64,000 nt of DNA, from contig JABFXX010000065.1 of assembly GCA_013368795.1 (NCBI GenBank), positions 2,566-66,565 on the forward strand, written 5' to 3'. This stretch comes from Kofleriaceae bacterium (GTDB taxonomy: Bacteria > Myxococcota_A > Polyangia > Haliangiales > Haliangiaceae). Below the pieces are notes generated by a model. It was not told the DNA's origin. It was given only the letters and a program-made list of their open reading frames with translations, and did no database searches. Made by a program: the position numbers and the translations under genes. Positions 16,655 through 25,825 of the stretch are shown in pieces (position 1 is the first letter of the stretch; each line of letters opens with the position of its first letter).

Positions 16655-17659
16655 TCACTTCTCGATCCGATAGAGGCGTGGACCGAGTCCGACGTAGACG
16701 TGAGTGTCGTCCATGACGGCGATCGTCGGACTGTAAGTCTCACCACCAGGATTCGCGGCATCGGGGAACGTGGCCAGCGTCGAGAACGCGCCACCGTCGA
16801 CCGAGACGCGCCGGATCATCGAGCTCGTATGCGCGCGACATGCGACGTAGATGAAGTCGTCGTCCATCGCGAACCCGATCATCGACGTGCAGTACGTGTC
16901 GTCGACACTCGAGTTCTGATAGTACGCGACCGGTTCACCGCCAGCCTTCGCGACGACCTTGAGCACGTGGGAGAACGCGCCTCCACCGGTGTTCGCGATG
17001 AAGTACAGCTTGTCGCCATGCGCGGTGACGTAGGCGATGCCGCCGGTGCCCGCAGCGTCGTCGGTCAGCGCGATGCCGTCGCTGCCATCCTTCGCGAAGC
17101 TGAGAAGGCGACTGTTGAGCGTCTTGTTCGTCGAGGCGTAGATGCGCGTGCCATCGACCGCGAGCGCGCCGGTGGACTCGATCAGGCCGCCCGTCGTGAC
17201 GACGGCTGGCGTCCCGCCACCGACCGGCACCGAGTAGATGGTCACCTTCGCATCCGGCGATGTGCTGCCAGAGGTGAAGTAGACGGTGTCGCCGTCGACG
17301 ACGAAGCTGCGCGCGTCTGCCTCGGGCGCGAGTACCTGAGGCGTTCCGCCCGCGAGCGGGACGCGGCTCAGCTCGAAGCGGTCGCCATTCACGGACGCGA
17401 GCGTGTTTGCCCAGTAGAGATGATCGCCGGCGACGGTCAGGCGTGACCCGGGATCGTTCGCGACGAGCATCGCTGCGGTACCGCCTTCCTTCGCGACCGT
17501 CCAGATCGTCTCGTCCGACGTCGAGAGATAGACAGCGTCGCCGACCGCGACGCTCATGATCAGCCGCGACGTCTCGGTCACGAGCTCGGGCGTGCGCGAT
17601 TCGCCATCGTCGTCACTACAAGCCCCGAGCAAGAGCGCACACACGACGAGCTGCTTCAT
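16655..17659 (-). CDS. Beta-propeller-like lipoprotein
   Basis: Start 'MKQLVVCALLLGACSDD'. Repeated 'D(G)..(V/I/L)Y(F/W/A)' blades through the sequence. Confidence 0.6.
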   Translation of the reverse strand: MKQLVVCALLLGACSDDDGESRTPELVTETSRLIMSVAVGDAVYLSTSDETIWTVAKEGGTAAMLVANDPGSRLTVAGDHLYWANTLASVNGDRFELSRVPLAGGTPQVLAPEADARSFVVDGDTVYFTSGSTSPDAKVTIYSVPVGGGTPAVVTTGGLIESTGALAVDGTRIYASTNKTLNSRLLSFAKDGSDGIALTDDAAGTGGIAYVTAHGDKLYFIANTGGGAFSHVLKVVAKAGGEPVAYYQNSSVDDTYCTSMIGFAMDDDFIYVACRAHTSSMIRRVSVDGGAFSTLATFPDAANPGGETYSPTIAVMDDTHVYVGLGPRLYRIEK

Positions 17660-17756
17660 CGCAGGCGATCGTAAACGAGATGAGGCGCCGTTATCGCTGC
17701 GACCGCACGTCGCTGCCATACGATGTGACGTCCGTCGTGTGTGTGGTGCGCGCGTA

Positions 17757-18575
17757 CTACATCTTCCGCGCGTACGAACGAACGGCGAGCGGTGCGAACA
17801 CGGCGACGATGACGACGCACCCGAGCAGAGCCCAGCCGACATGCGCGGTGAACTGGCCGTCGTTCATCAGGTCGCGGCACGCGTAGATCACCTGGGACAC
17901 CGGGTTGATCTTCACGAATGCCTGCAGCCAGCCCGGCATCGTCTGCGTCGGCACGAACGCATTCGACAGGAACGACAGCGGGAACATGATCATCATCGAG
18001 ATGCCCTGCACGGCCTGCGCGCTGCGCGCGATCGTGCCGAGCCAGGTGAACACCCACGCGAGCGACCAGCCTGCAGCGACGATGAGCGCCCAGCCGCCGA
18101 GGACACCTGCGACGCCACCGCCGGGGCGGTAGCCCATCGCGATGCCGACGAGGATCGTGAGCGTCGATGCGATTCCGTAGCGCAAGAGATCGGCGAGCGC
18201 GGGCCCGGCGAGCGGTGCGATGCGCGCGATCGGTAGCGACTTGAAGCGATCGAACACGCCCTTGTCCATGTCCTCGCGCAGCTGGATGCCGGTCGCCATG
18301 CACGCGGTCAGCGTCGTCTGCGCGAGGATGCCGGGGATGATGATCGGCAGGTAGCTCGCCGTGCTGCCGGCGACCGCACCACCGAAGATGTACGTGAACA
18401 TCGCGGTGAACAGCAGCGGTTGCAGTGTCACGTCGAAGAACTGCTCCGGGTTGCGGCGCATCTTCAGGAGCGCGCGCCACGCCATCGCGCGCGTTTGCTC
18501 GATGGTGTCGCGCAGCGTCGGACGGACCGCGAGCGGACGATGCGAGGCGGCTTGCGGAGGCACCGAGGTCACCAT
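17757..18575 (-). CDS. ABC-2 type exporter permease
   Basis: Start 'MVTSVPPQ'. Its ATG overlaps the ATPase stop (TGATG). Six hydrophobic segments. 'FPLSFLSNAFVP...WLQAFVKINPVS'. Confidence 0.85.
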   Translation of the reverse strand: MVTSVPPQAASHRPLAVRPTLRDTIEQTRAMAWRALLKMRRNPEQFFDVTLQPLLFTAMFTYIFGGAVAGSTASYLPIIIPGILAQTTLTACMATGIQLREDMDKGVFDRFKSLPIARIAPLAGPALADLLRYGIASTLTILVGIAMGYRPGGGVAGVLGGWALIVAAGWSLAWVFTWLGTIARSAQAVQGISMMIMFPLSFLSNAFVPTQTMPGWLQAFVKINPVSQVIYACRDLMNDGQFTAHVGWALLGCVVIVAVFAPLAVRSYARKM

Positions 18576-19567
18576 CAGCGCACCTCCTCCTTCGCACCGT
18601 CGGCCGCGGTGCTGTGGTGGCCGGTGAGCGCGAGGAAGACCTCGTCGAGCGTCGGCTGGCGAACGCTCGCAGTCGAGATGCCGAGCTTCATCTCGCGAAA
18701 CGCGATGAGCACGTCGGCCGCACGGTTCGCGTCGGCGAGCGCGATGTTGAGCCCACCGGCCTCCGGCGTCAGGACCGGCTCCTCGCCGAGGATGCGCGCC
18801 ACGATCGCGGCGGCGTCGGCGGTGCGTTCGCGATCCTCGAGGCGAACGTGGAGCGTCGAGTTGCCGACGCTCGCCTTCAGCTCGTCGGGCGTGCCCTCGG
18901 CAACCTTGGTTCCGCGATCGATCACGGCGATGCGATCCGCGAGCTGATCCGCTTCGTCGAGATACTGCGTCGTCAGCAGAACCGTCGCGCCGCCGCGGAC
19001 GAGCGAACGGATCGTGTCCCACATCTGGCCGCGCGTTCGCGGATCGAGGCCGGTCGTCGGCTCGTCGAGAAAGATCAGCGGCGGTCTCCGGATCAGCGAC
19101 GCCGCGAGGTCGAGCCGCCGCCGCATGCCGCCGGAGAACCCCTTGAGCTGCCGATCCGCGGCATCGGAGAGCCCGAAGCTCGCGAGCAGCTCGTCGGCGG
19201 TCGCGTGCGCCTGAGCTCGCGGCAATCCGAGCAGCCGGCCGAACAGCACGAGGTTCTCGCGGCCGGTCAGGTTCTCGTCGACCGACGCGTACTGGCCGGT
19301 GACGCCGACGAGCTGGCGCACCTGGTGCGGGTTGGTCGCGACGTCGACGCCGAACACGCGCGCGACGCCACCATCGATCGGGAGCAGCGTCGCGAGCATC
19401 TTCAGCATCGTCGTCTTGCCCGCGCCATTGGGGCCGAGCACGCCGAACACCTGGCCGCGTCGGATCTCGAGGTCGATCCCGTCGACCGCGCGCACGTTGT
19501 CGAACTTCTTGACGAGGCCGGAGGCTTCGACCGCGAGGCCGGCGTGACTGTCCCTGACTGGCTGCAT
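18575..19567 (-). CDS. ABC transporter ATP-binding protein (DrrA-like)
   Basis: Walker A 'GPNGAGKTT', signature 'FSGGMRRRL', Walker B 'LIFLDEPTTGLD'. Confidence 0.9.
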   Translation of the reverse strand: MQPVRDSHAGLAVEASGLVKKFDNVRAVDGIDLEIRRGQVFGVLGPNGAGKTTMLKMLATLLPIDGGVARVFGVDVATNPHQVRQLVGVTGQYASVDENLTGRENLVLFGRLLGLPRAQAHATADELLASFGLSDAADRQLKGFSGGMRRRLDLAASLIRRPPLIFLDEPTTGLDPRTRGQMWDTIRSLVRGGATVLLTTQYLDEADQLADRIAVIDRGTKVAEGTPDELKASVGNSTLHVRLEDRERTADAAAIVARILGEEPVLTPEAGGLNIALADANRAADVLIAFREMKLGISTASVRQPTLDEVFLALTGHHSTAADGAKEEVR

Positions 19568-19632
19568 GTGCCAGTCAAGGTCTCACTGCGGTGTTACGGC
19601 ACGTCCCGCGAGTGTGTGAAGAAACCTTGCAG

Positions 19633-20661
19633 TCAGGGCTCCCGCGCCATCGCCTCGTCGACGATGCGCTGGATGAACGCGTTGTAGCGCAATCCCGCCT
19701 TGTGAGCGGATTCGGCCGAGTCGTGCCCGTAGCTGAGGAACGGGTTCGCGTTCGCCTCGATGAACCAGATCTCGTTGTCGGCGGTGAGACGGACGTCGAT
19801 GCGCGCGTAGTCGCGCAGCCAACACGCGCGGTACGACGCGTAGCAGGTCTCGAGCAAGCGCTCCATCGCGACCTTCGACAGCCGCCGCGCGAACACGTTC
19901 TTGATGCCGCGGCGCGCGCGATACTTCATGTCCCACTTCGCGTACTGCGTCGCGATCCGATCCTCCGGACGCGAGCCCGCCTGCTCGAACACCATCTCGA
20001 CGATCGGCAACACCTCGACCTTGTCCCCGTTGCCGATCATCGTCGCGTACAGCTCGCGGCCCTCGATGTACTCCTCGGCGATCGCCGGCTGCGAGAACCG
20101 CTCGTGGATCCAGGCGACGCGCTCGGACAGCGCATCGCTGTTGTGGACGATCGATGCCTGCGAGATGCCCTCGGATGCGTCGGATTGCAGCGGCTTGACG
20201 ATCAGCGGATATCGAAGCGACTCGTCCGGCCCCGGCGCCTCGCCGAGCCGCCACGACTTGAACCCGGGCACCTTGATGTTGTGGAACGCCAGCACCTTCT
20301 TGCTCATCGACTTGTTGCGCGTGACGAGCAGCGCGAGCGGTGGTGCACCGGTGTAGCGATAGCCCTCGGCCTCGAGGAGTGCGGGCACGAGGTAGTCGAG
20401 GTTCGAGTTCGCCTGGAATGCCTCGGTGGCGTTGAACACGAGGTCGGGCTTCCAATCCGCGAGTCTCGTGCTCATGTCGCGCAGATCGTCGTGGACACCG
20501 AGGATCAGCACGTCGTGCCCGTTCTTTATGAGCGCGTTCGCGACCTGGTACTCCATCTCCGGCTCTGCGTTGCGGCGGTTCTTGATCTCCTTCGCCATCT
20601 CTGCGGCGTGCTGGTCCGGAGACCAGTCGTACGGGGAGTCGAAGACAACTGCGATGCGCAT
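19633..20661 (-). CDS. ATP-grasp enzyme of the D-alanine--D-alanine ligase family (non-canonical)
   Basis: 342 aa. 'MRIAVVFD', 'PLIVKPLQSDASEGI', 'AIAEEYIEGRELY', 'IWFIEANANP'. The N-terminal region differs from housekeeping Ddl. Confidence 0.75.
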   Translation of the reverse strand: MRIAVVFDSPYDWSPDQHAAEMAKEIKNRRNAEPEMEYQVANALIKNGHDVLILGVHDDLRDMSTRLADWKPDLVFNATEAFQANSNLDYLVPALLEAEGYRYTGAPPLALLVTRNKSMSKKVLAFHNIKVPGFKSWRLGEAPGPDESLRYPLIVKPLQSDASEGISQASIVHNSDALSERVAWIHERFSQPAIAEEYIEGRELYATMIGNGDKVEVLPIVEMVFEQAGSRPEDRIATQYAKWDMKYRARRGIKNVFARRLSKVAMERLLETCYASYRACWLRDYARIDVRLTADNEIWFIEANANPFLSYGHDSAESAHKAGLRYNAFIQRIVDEAMAREP

Positions 20662-20791
20662 AGCTGCTCACACGCACGTTAGCGCGATGGCACGTACAGA
20701 ACGACCCGCTGCGTGCCCAATGCGATCGATCGCAGAGTTGTCGCCGTAGCCTCTTGCTTCTTGTACGCACAGTACGCTCGGTTTCGCGGCG

Positions 20792-21085
20792 TCACTGCAG
20801 AGTCGAGGCATCTGGCAATGTCGCCATCCCCACGAGGCCGCTCACGCCGAGAACGGCACCGATCCCTGCTACGACGCCCGCGATTGCGAACCCGGTGAAT
20901 CCGATCGCGAACGCGTCGTTTTCCGTGGCCTGATTGCGCGCGAGCACGATTGCACCAACACCGATCGCCATGCCGCCCACGATCGTCCCGCCGCCAACGA
21001 GGGCAGTCGTCCGGGACTGCTGTCGGGTCGCGCAGCCGACCGTGCTGAGTGCGACGATAAGTGCGAGCGAGCGTCTACCGAGCAT
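20792..21085 (-). CDS. Small membrane lipoprotein (Gly-zipper-like)
   Basis: 97 aa. 'LIVALSTVGCAT' lipobox. Gly-rich hydrophobic helices. Confidence 0.5.
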   Translation of the reverse strand: MLGRRSLALIVALSTVGCATRQQSRTTALVGGGTIVGGMAIGVGAIVLARNQATENDAFAIGFTGFAIAGVVAGIGAVLGVSGLVGMATLPDASTLQ

Positions 21086-21412
21086 GATGCGCTCACTCTA
21101 GGGTTGCGGCGAGAGTGGCCTCCCGCGGTTCACTCGAACTTCACGCGACAACTGATGGGAGCGCGACCTCGCACCCTGTCGTTCCGCCACATGTCGAGCG
21201 CGCCGAGGGCCGCAACAACGCCGGCGGCGTCGCGAGCATCGGGCGCTTCACGCCATGCTCTGAAGGTCGCCTACGCTGCGCACACTCACTACCTCGTCGC
21301 AGATCGAGCATCAGCGTTTAGCCACGTTCAGTGTTAGATGCGCCACCATTGTCAGGAGAGAGTGATCGTCGCGCCAAGCGTCCTACATCTCTCCGGCGCT
21401 AGGCTCACTCGC

Positions 21413-21895
21413 ATGAGACGCACTTTTGGAATCGCAACGATCCTCTGCATGCTCCTCGGCAGCGCCGCGTACGCCGACCACGGTCGTGGACGCGGCCGTG
21501 GCCACGGGGATCGCAGCGGTGGTGTGGTCGTGCGCGATCACCGCGGTCCCGATCGTCGCGGCCCGGCAGTCCGCGACCATCGTCACGGTGGAGCGCGCGT
21601 CGGGCACGTCCGCGTCAGCAACGGTCGCTACGTGTTCCCCGGTGGCGTCGTCCGCGTTTACCGGCGGCCGGTGATCCGCCAGCGCTACTACAACGTCCAC
21701 GTTCGTCCGCAGGTGATCGTCGAGCACTACGATCCGGTGCCGGGCTACATGTGGGTTTCGGGCAGCTGGAGCTGGGGCGGCCGCGAGTGGATCTGGCAGC
21801 CGGGCTACTGGGCTGCCGCCGAGGCTCCTCCTCCGCCGCCGCAGCCGGTGATCCGGGGTGGCATCAGCGTGAGCGGCGGCATCTCGATCCACTGA
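21413..21895 (+). CDS. Secreted YXWGXW-repeat-type protein
   Basis: Start 'MRRTFGIATILCMLLGSAAYA'. 'PGYMWVSGSWSWGGREWIWQPGYW'. RG/H-rich N-terminal part. Confidence 0.6.
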   Translation: MRRTFGIATILCMLLGSAAYADHGRGRGRGHGDRSGGVVVRDHRGPDRRGPAVRDHRHGGARVGHVRVSNGRYVFPGGVVRVYRRPVIRQRYYNVHVRPQVIVEHYDPVPGYMWVSGSWSWGGREWIWQPGYWAAAEAPPPPPQPVIRGGISVSGGISIH

Positions 21896-21916
21896 TCGAG
21901 GCGTACGAGCCGAGGG

Positions 21917-21951
21917 GACGGTCCATCGAACATGGACCGTCTTTGCGTTTT
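21917..21951. terminator. Hairpin terminator between convergent genes
   Basis: Stem GACGGTCCA (21917-21925) / TGGACCGTC (21933-21941), 7-nt loop, followed by 'tttgcgtttt'. Confidence 0.7.
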
Positions 21952-21964
21952 CGGCGTGCCGTTG

Positions 21965-23029
21965 CTACTTGCCGCTCCAGCCGAACTCGACCTTCACGAA
22001 GCCGAACGCCTTCGCGCGATCGAGCAACTCGCCGACGACACCTGTCGGGACGTTGCGGTCCTCGTTCACGACGATCTTGGTCTCCGGATCCTCGACATAG
22101 GCTGCCTTCAGCAGTGCGTCGAGCTCGTCCGGCTTCATCGACTTACCGTCGACGATCGTCATCCGCTTCCGCGTGACCCGGATGACGATCGGCGCGTGAT
22201 GCACCTTGGGTGCGGCCGGCGCTGCCTCCGGTTGTGGCTGCGCCGGGGCGCTTGCCATGACCGCCGTCGGCGACTTGCGATGCAGCCGCTGATCGAGCGT
22301 CGCGAGCATCGTCGCGCGCGCAGTGGTGCTGAACGTCGTCGCGTGGTTCGAGTACGTCGCGTTCATGATCGACGAGCTGTCGATCTCGTGCTCGACGCCG
22401 AGGACGTGGCCGAGCTCGTGGAGCAGCACGACGGCGGTCTTGTGGCGACGCAGCTGCACGAGCGCCATCTCGCGCTCCTCCGCGCGCAGATCGGGGAACG
22501 CGTTCGCGTACATCTTGCGCTCCTCGAGATCGGCGTAGCCACGCAGCACGATGTGACGCCCGCCGACCATTGCCAGGCCGAGCTCGTCGAACGTCGCCGA
22601 CACGAGCGAGAGCGATGACGTCAGACCGATGACGGCGAGCACATCGTCGCCGCGATCCTGCTCTTGCAGCGCGGCCATGTGATCGCGCAGCGTCGCGTCG
22701 GGGACGTTGCGATCCCACGTCGCGTACTCGGCGACGATATGGATGCCGAAGATCGGCGTGACGACGAGGTTCGCGAGCTCGAGCGGTTCGTCGAAGGCCT
22801 TCTGCCACTGGCGGTTCTGTGTGCGGTACTGCTCGTCGGCCCAGACGCGAACCTTGCGCGTCGTGACCTCGCCGTTCCACTTCTCGCCGGTGACGAGCCG
22901 CGCCGGGCCCATCTCGGTCATCGTGTCATGCTGCGCCTGCTTGGCGGTCTTGCCCTCGCCGAAGTGCATCACCGGCGTCATGCAGCCGCCGATCCCTACG
23001 AGCATCAGAAGTGCGCGAGTTCTCGTCAT
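21965..23029 (-). CDS. Metzincin-type zinc metallopeptidase lipoprotein with C-terminal ExbD/TolR-like domain
   Basis: 'LMLVGIGGC' lipobox. 'HELGHVLGVEHE' plus Met-turn 'SSIMN'. C-terminus 'IVIRVTRKRMTIVDGKSM...KIVVNEDRNVPTGVVGELLDRAKAFGFVKVEF'. Confidence 0.7.
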   Translation of the reverse strand: MTRTRALLMLVGIGGCMTPVMHFGEGKTAKQAQHDTMTEMGPARLVTGEKWNGEVTTRKVRVWADEQYRTQNRQWQKAFDEPLELANLVVTPIFGIHIVAEYATWDRNVPDATLRDHMAALQEQDRGDDVLAVIGLTSSLSLVSATFDELGLAMVGGRHIVLRGYADLEERKMYANAFPDLRAEEREMALVQLRRHKTAVVLLHELGHVLGVEHEIDSSSIMNATYSNHATTFSTTARATMLATLDQRLHRKSPTAVMASAPAQPQPEAAPAAPKVHHAPIVIRVTRKRMTIVDGKSMKPDELDALLKAAYVEDPETKIVVNEDRNVPTGVVGELLDRAKAFGFVKVEFGWSGK

Positions 23030-23100
23030 CGAACCCGCGCATGCTACCGCAGATCTATTTTAGTCTTGCCTTATATTAGCCGTCGCTACAGGATCAGACC

Positions 23101-23451
23101 GTGCACGCGCTCGATGTCCTTGGCGACCCGGTTCGCCGCCGCATCCTCGAGGTCCTCGCCGACGGCGAGAAGAGCTCGGGCGCGATCAACGAGGTCATCC
23201 ATCACGATTTCGGTATCTCGCAGCCTGGCGTCTCGCAGCACCTGCGCATGCTTCGCGAGTCGGGGTTCGCGACCGTGCGGGCGGAGGGCACGCGCCGCAT
23301 CTACGCGCTCGATCCGACGCCGCTGCGCCAGGTGGATGCCTGGCTGCACCCATTTCGGCGGTACTGGGAGCGCACGCTCGACGCACTCGGTGAGGAGCTC
23401 GAGCGCGGCAAGCGCGAGCGCCAGGCCCGCACCGGCAAGAAGAGGAGGTAG
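23101..23451 (+). CDS. ArsR/SmtB-family transcriptional regulator
   Basis: GTG start. 'LGDPVRRRILEVLADGEKSSGAINEVIHHDFGISQPGVSQHLRMLRESG'. Confidence 0.85.
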   Translation: MHALDVLGDPVRRRILEVLADGEKSSGAINEVIHHDFGISQPGVSQHLRMLRESGFATVRAEGTRRIYALDPTPLRQVDAWLHPFRRYWERTLDALGEELERGKRERQARTGKKRR

Positions 23452-23453
23452 CG

Positions 23454-24080
23454 ATGTTCGATATTCTTCAGCAGATCGCAGCGATTCACCGCGAGGTGAG
23501 CCGCCGGCCGGAGGGCACGACCGAGATGGTGAGCCTCGTCGTGCGACGCACCTACGACGCCGCGCCCGCCGAGGTCTGGTCCGCGCTGACCGATCCGGCG
23601 CGGCTCGAGCGCTGGCTGTTTCCGATCTCCGGTGACCTCCGCGTCGGCGGCAAGTTCCAGTTCGCAGGCAACGCGGGCGGCGACATCCTCGCGTGCGAAC
23701 CACCGCAGCTCCTGCGCGTCACCTACGGCGCGCCGTCGAGCATCGTCGTGATCAACCTCGCGAAGCGCGGCGCGGAACGCACCGAGCTCGTGCTCGAGCA
23801 CACGGTGCCGATCGACGTCGCGGGAAGCGGCGCTGGCTCGCTGTTCGTCGGTCCTGGTTGGGATACCGGCCTGGTCGCGCTCGACCTCCATCTGCGGGGC
23901 CTGATCTCGGATGCACCCGCGTTCCACAAGTCGCGCGAGGTCCAGGACCTCGGTGCGCGCTCGACCGACGCATGGGAGGCCGTCGTCGTGGCATCGAAGA
24001 CGGCGCAGCCCGAGGAGATCGCGGCAGCGCGTGCAGCGGCTCTCGCGCACTTCGCGCCGGATCTCGCGCGCGCCGACTAG
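23454..24080 (+). CDS. SRPBCC / AHSA1-like domain protein
   Basis: Starts 2 nt after the ArsR stop. 'AAPAEVWSALTDPARLERWLFP' motif. The ArsR+SRPBCC pairing is a common operon. Confidence 0.8.
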   Translation: MFDILQQIAAIHREVSRRPEGTTEMVSLVVRRTYDAAPAEVWSALTDPARLERWLFPISGDLRVGGKFQFAGNAGGDILACEPPQLLRVTYGAPSSIVVINLAKRGAERTELVLEHTVPIDVAGSGAGSLFVGPGWDTGLVALDLHLRGLISDAPAFHKSREVQDLGARSTDAWEAVVVASKTAQPEEIAAARAAALAHFAPDLARAD

Positions 24081-24436
24081 TGAATCTCGACGATCGGCTG
24101 GAAGCCGCCCATGAACATGCGCTTGCCGTCGAACGGCCAGGACTTCGGATCCGTGTTCTTCATCATCGGATCGTCCATCACGGCCTTGTTGATGCGGTCG
24201 CGGTCTTCCTTCGACTTGTAGACGATCCACGAGAACACGACGACCTCGTCGTCCTGGAGCTTCACGCTCTGCGGGAACGAGGTGACCTTGCCCGGCTGCA
24301 CGTCGTCGCCGACGCACTCGACGTATTCGAGCGCGCCCTTGCTCTTCCACAGCTCGCCGGACTTCTTCGACCACTCGCGGTAGTCGTCGAGCTTCTGCTT
24401 CGGGACCGGGACCACGAATCCATCCACGTAACTCAT
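24077..24436 (-). CDS. DUF1428 family protein
   Basis: 'MSYVDGFVVPVPKQKLDDYREW...DDEVVVFSWIVYKSKEDRD...FDGKRMFMGGFQPIV'. Internal start of ORF 24077..25144. 'ggagga' RBS. Confidence 0.8.
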   Translation of the reverse strand: MSYVDGFVVPVPKQKLDDYREWSKKSGELWKSKGALEYVECVGDDVQPGKVTSFPQSVKLQDDEVVVFSWIVYKSKEDRDRINKAVMDDPMMKNTDPKSWPFDGKRMFMGGFQPIVEIH

Positions 24437-24500
24437 GTTTCTTCCTCCTTGTTGGACCGAGGAGAATGGGTGCATTCCTCGCGCCTGACGCCTACGAGGC

Positions 24501-24977
24501 TCACGCACAACGTGGCGTGCGGCGAATGCCCGCGATCCGAAGTGAGGACTCCCGCCGGGTGTCTTGCCGCTCGTCCACCACGACCGTCTCGCGCGCGATC
24601 TCCTGTCCGCTGAGGCTGAACACGAGCTCGTAGCTGCCGGGGCGGACTCCGGTGAACATGTACATGCCGGTCGTGCTCCGCCGGCGACCAGCCTTCCAGG
24701 TGGAGGCCGCTGAGGTCGTGTCCGTTCCGATGATCCGAGCGCCGTCGACGAGCGCGACGTGAATGCCGAGCGGAGACCCGACATCGACGTAGACGAGGCC
24801 GGAGACCATCGTGCCGTCCCAGGATCCCGGGTGCGTGCTGCCGTCCTCGTCGAGCACCTCACATGGCTCGGCGAGCGGAAGCCAGGCGCGCGTGACAGGG
24901 GGCCTCGCCGCGGGTGAAGCGCACGCCTGGACGAGCAACGCGGCGAGACACCATCGGTGCACCTCGAGTCGCGACAT
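24501..24977 (-). CDS. Lipoprotein with carboxypeptidase-regulatory-like fold
   Basis: Start 'MSRLEVHRWCLAALLVQACAS'. 'MYMFTGVRPGSYELVFSLSG' is typical of CarboxypepD_reg-like domains. Confidence 0.5.
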   Translation of the reverse strand: MSRLEVHRWCLAALLVQACASPAARPPVTRAWLPLAEPCEVLDEDGSTHPGSWDGTMVSGLVYVDVGSPLGIHVALVDGARIIGTDTTSAASTWKAGRRRSTTGMYMFTGVRPGSYELVFSLSGQEIARETVVVDERQDTRRESSLRIAGIRRTPRCA

Positions 24978-25151
24978 CGCGCTCGATCTTGCCGGATCCG
25001 GGCCAGCGGGCGGACGCGCGAACAACTGTCGTATCCATGAGGGCTTGAGCGCCATCGCGGGCGACGCGAGCCAGGACGGCACCCGACCAGCGGTCGGGCC
25101 TGCCAGCGTGACATAGCCGTAGCTTGCAGCCGTGAGCGCGGCATGCCATTC

Positions 25152-25167
25152 TTGGTTGGTCAACCAA
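25152..25167. promoter_or_regulatory. Candidate TetR operator: TTGGTT-GGTC-AACCAA dyad
   Basis: 16-bp imperfect palindrome ending 7 nt before the TetR ATG (25175), inside an AT-richer stretch 'cttggttggtcaaccaacttaatt'. Confidence 0.45.
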
Positions 25168-25174
25168 CTTAATT

Positions 25175-25825
25175 ATGAGCCGCGCCTCCAACACCGACAG
25201 CCGCCGCGCCCAGATCGTTCAGGCCCTCGTCGACGTCATGGCGAAGCAGGGCTACGACGGCGCGTCGATCGCCGACATCGCGAAGCGAGCGGGGCTCGCC
25301 CCCGGGCTCGTTCACTACCACTTCAAGAACAAGCTCGAGATCCTCGTCGAGGCCGTGCGTGCGCTGGCCGCCGCACACGCGCGAGCGCTCGATGGAGCGC
25401 TTGCAACCGCGGATGCCGACGATGCGGCGGCACAGCTCGTCGCGTTCATCGACGTCCACCTCGGGCTCGGCGCGCACGCGGATCCCGATGCGCTCGCCTG
25501 CTGGGTGCTCGTCAGCGCCGAGGCACTTCGCGAGCGACGCGTGCGGATCGAGGTCGAGGCAGCACTCGCTGATCTGACCCGTCGCGTGATCGCGATTGTC
25601 GAGCGGGGGCGGGCGAGCGGGCAGTTCCAGTGCAGCGATGCCGGTGCAGTCGCGGCGGCGCTTGTCGCGATGATCCAGGGCTACTTCACCGTCGCGGCGA
25701 CCGCGCGCGAGCTGATTCCGTCGGGCTCGGCCGCGCCGTGCGCGCTGCGCATGGCCGAAGGGCTCGTCCGCCCCAAGCGGCCGCTCGAGATACGGCGCAA
25801 GCCGACGCGAGCGAGGCGAGTATGA
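25175..25825 (+). CDS. TetR-family transcriptional regulator
   Basis: HTH 'YDGASIADIAKRAGLAPGLVHYHFKNKLEIL'. Confidence 0.85.
   Translation: MSRASNTDSRRAQIVQALVDVMAKQGYDGASIADIAKRAGLAPGLVHYHFKNKLEILVEAVRALAAAHARALDGALATADADDAAAQLVAFIDVHLGLGAHADPDALACWVLVSAEALRERRVRIEVEAALADLTRRVIAIVERGRASGQFQCSDAGAVAAALVAMIQGYFTVAATARELIPSGSAAPCALRMAEGLVRPKRPLEIRRKPTRARRV

Noticed and set aside
19633-20661. Housekeeping ddl
   Set aside because: It is not in a mur/fts context and has an atypical N-terminal half. I called it only as a Ddl-family ATP-grasp enzyme.
23030-23100. ArsR operator in the AT-rich spacer 'ctattttagtcttgccttatattag'
   Set aside because: The dyad symmetry is only partial (several mismatches), and I cannot define -35/-10 elements with confidence. 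It is noted as a likely promoter region but not called.
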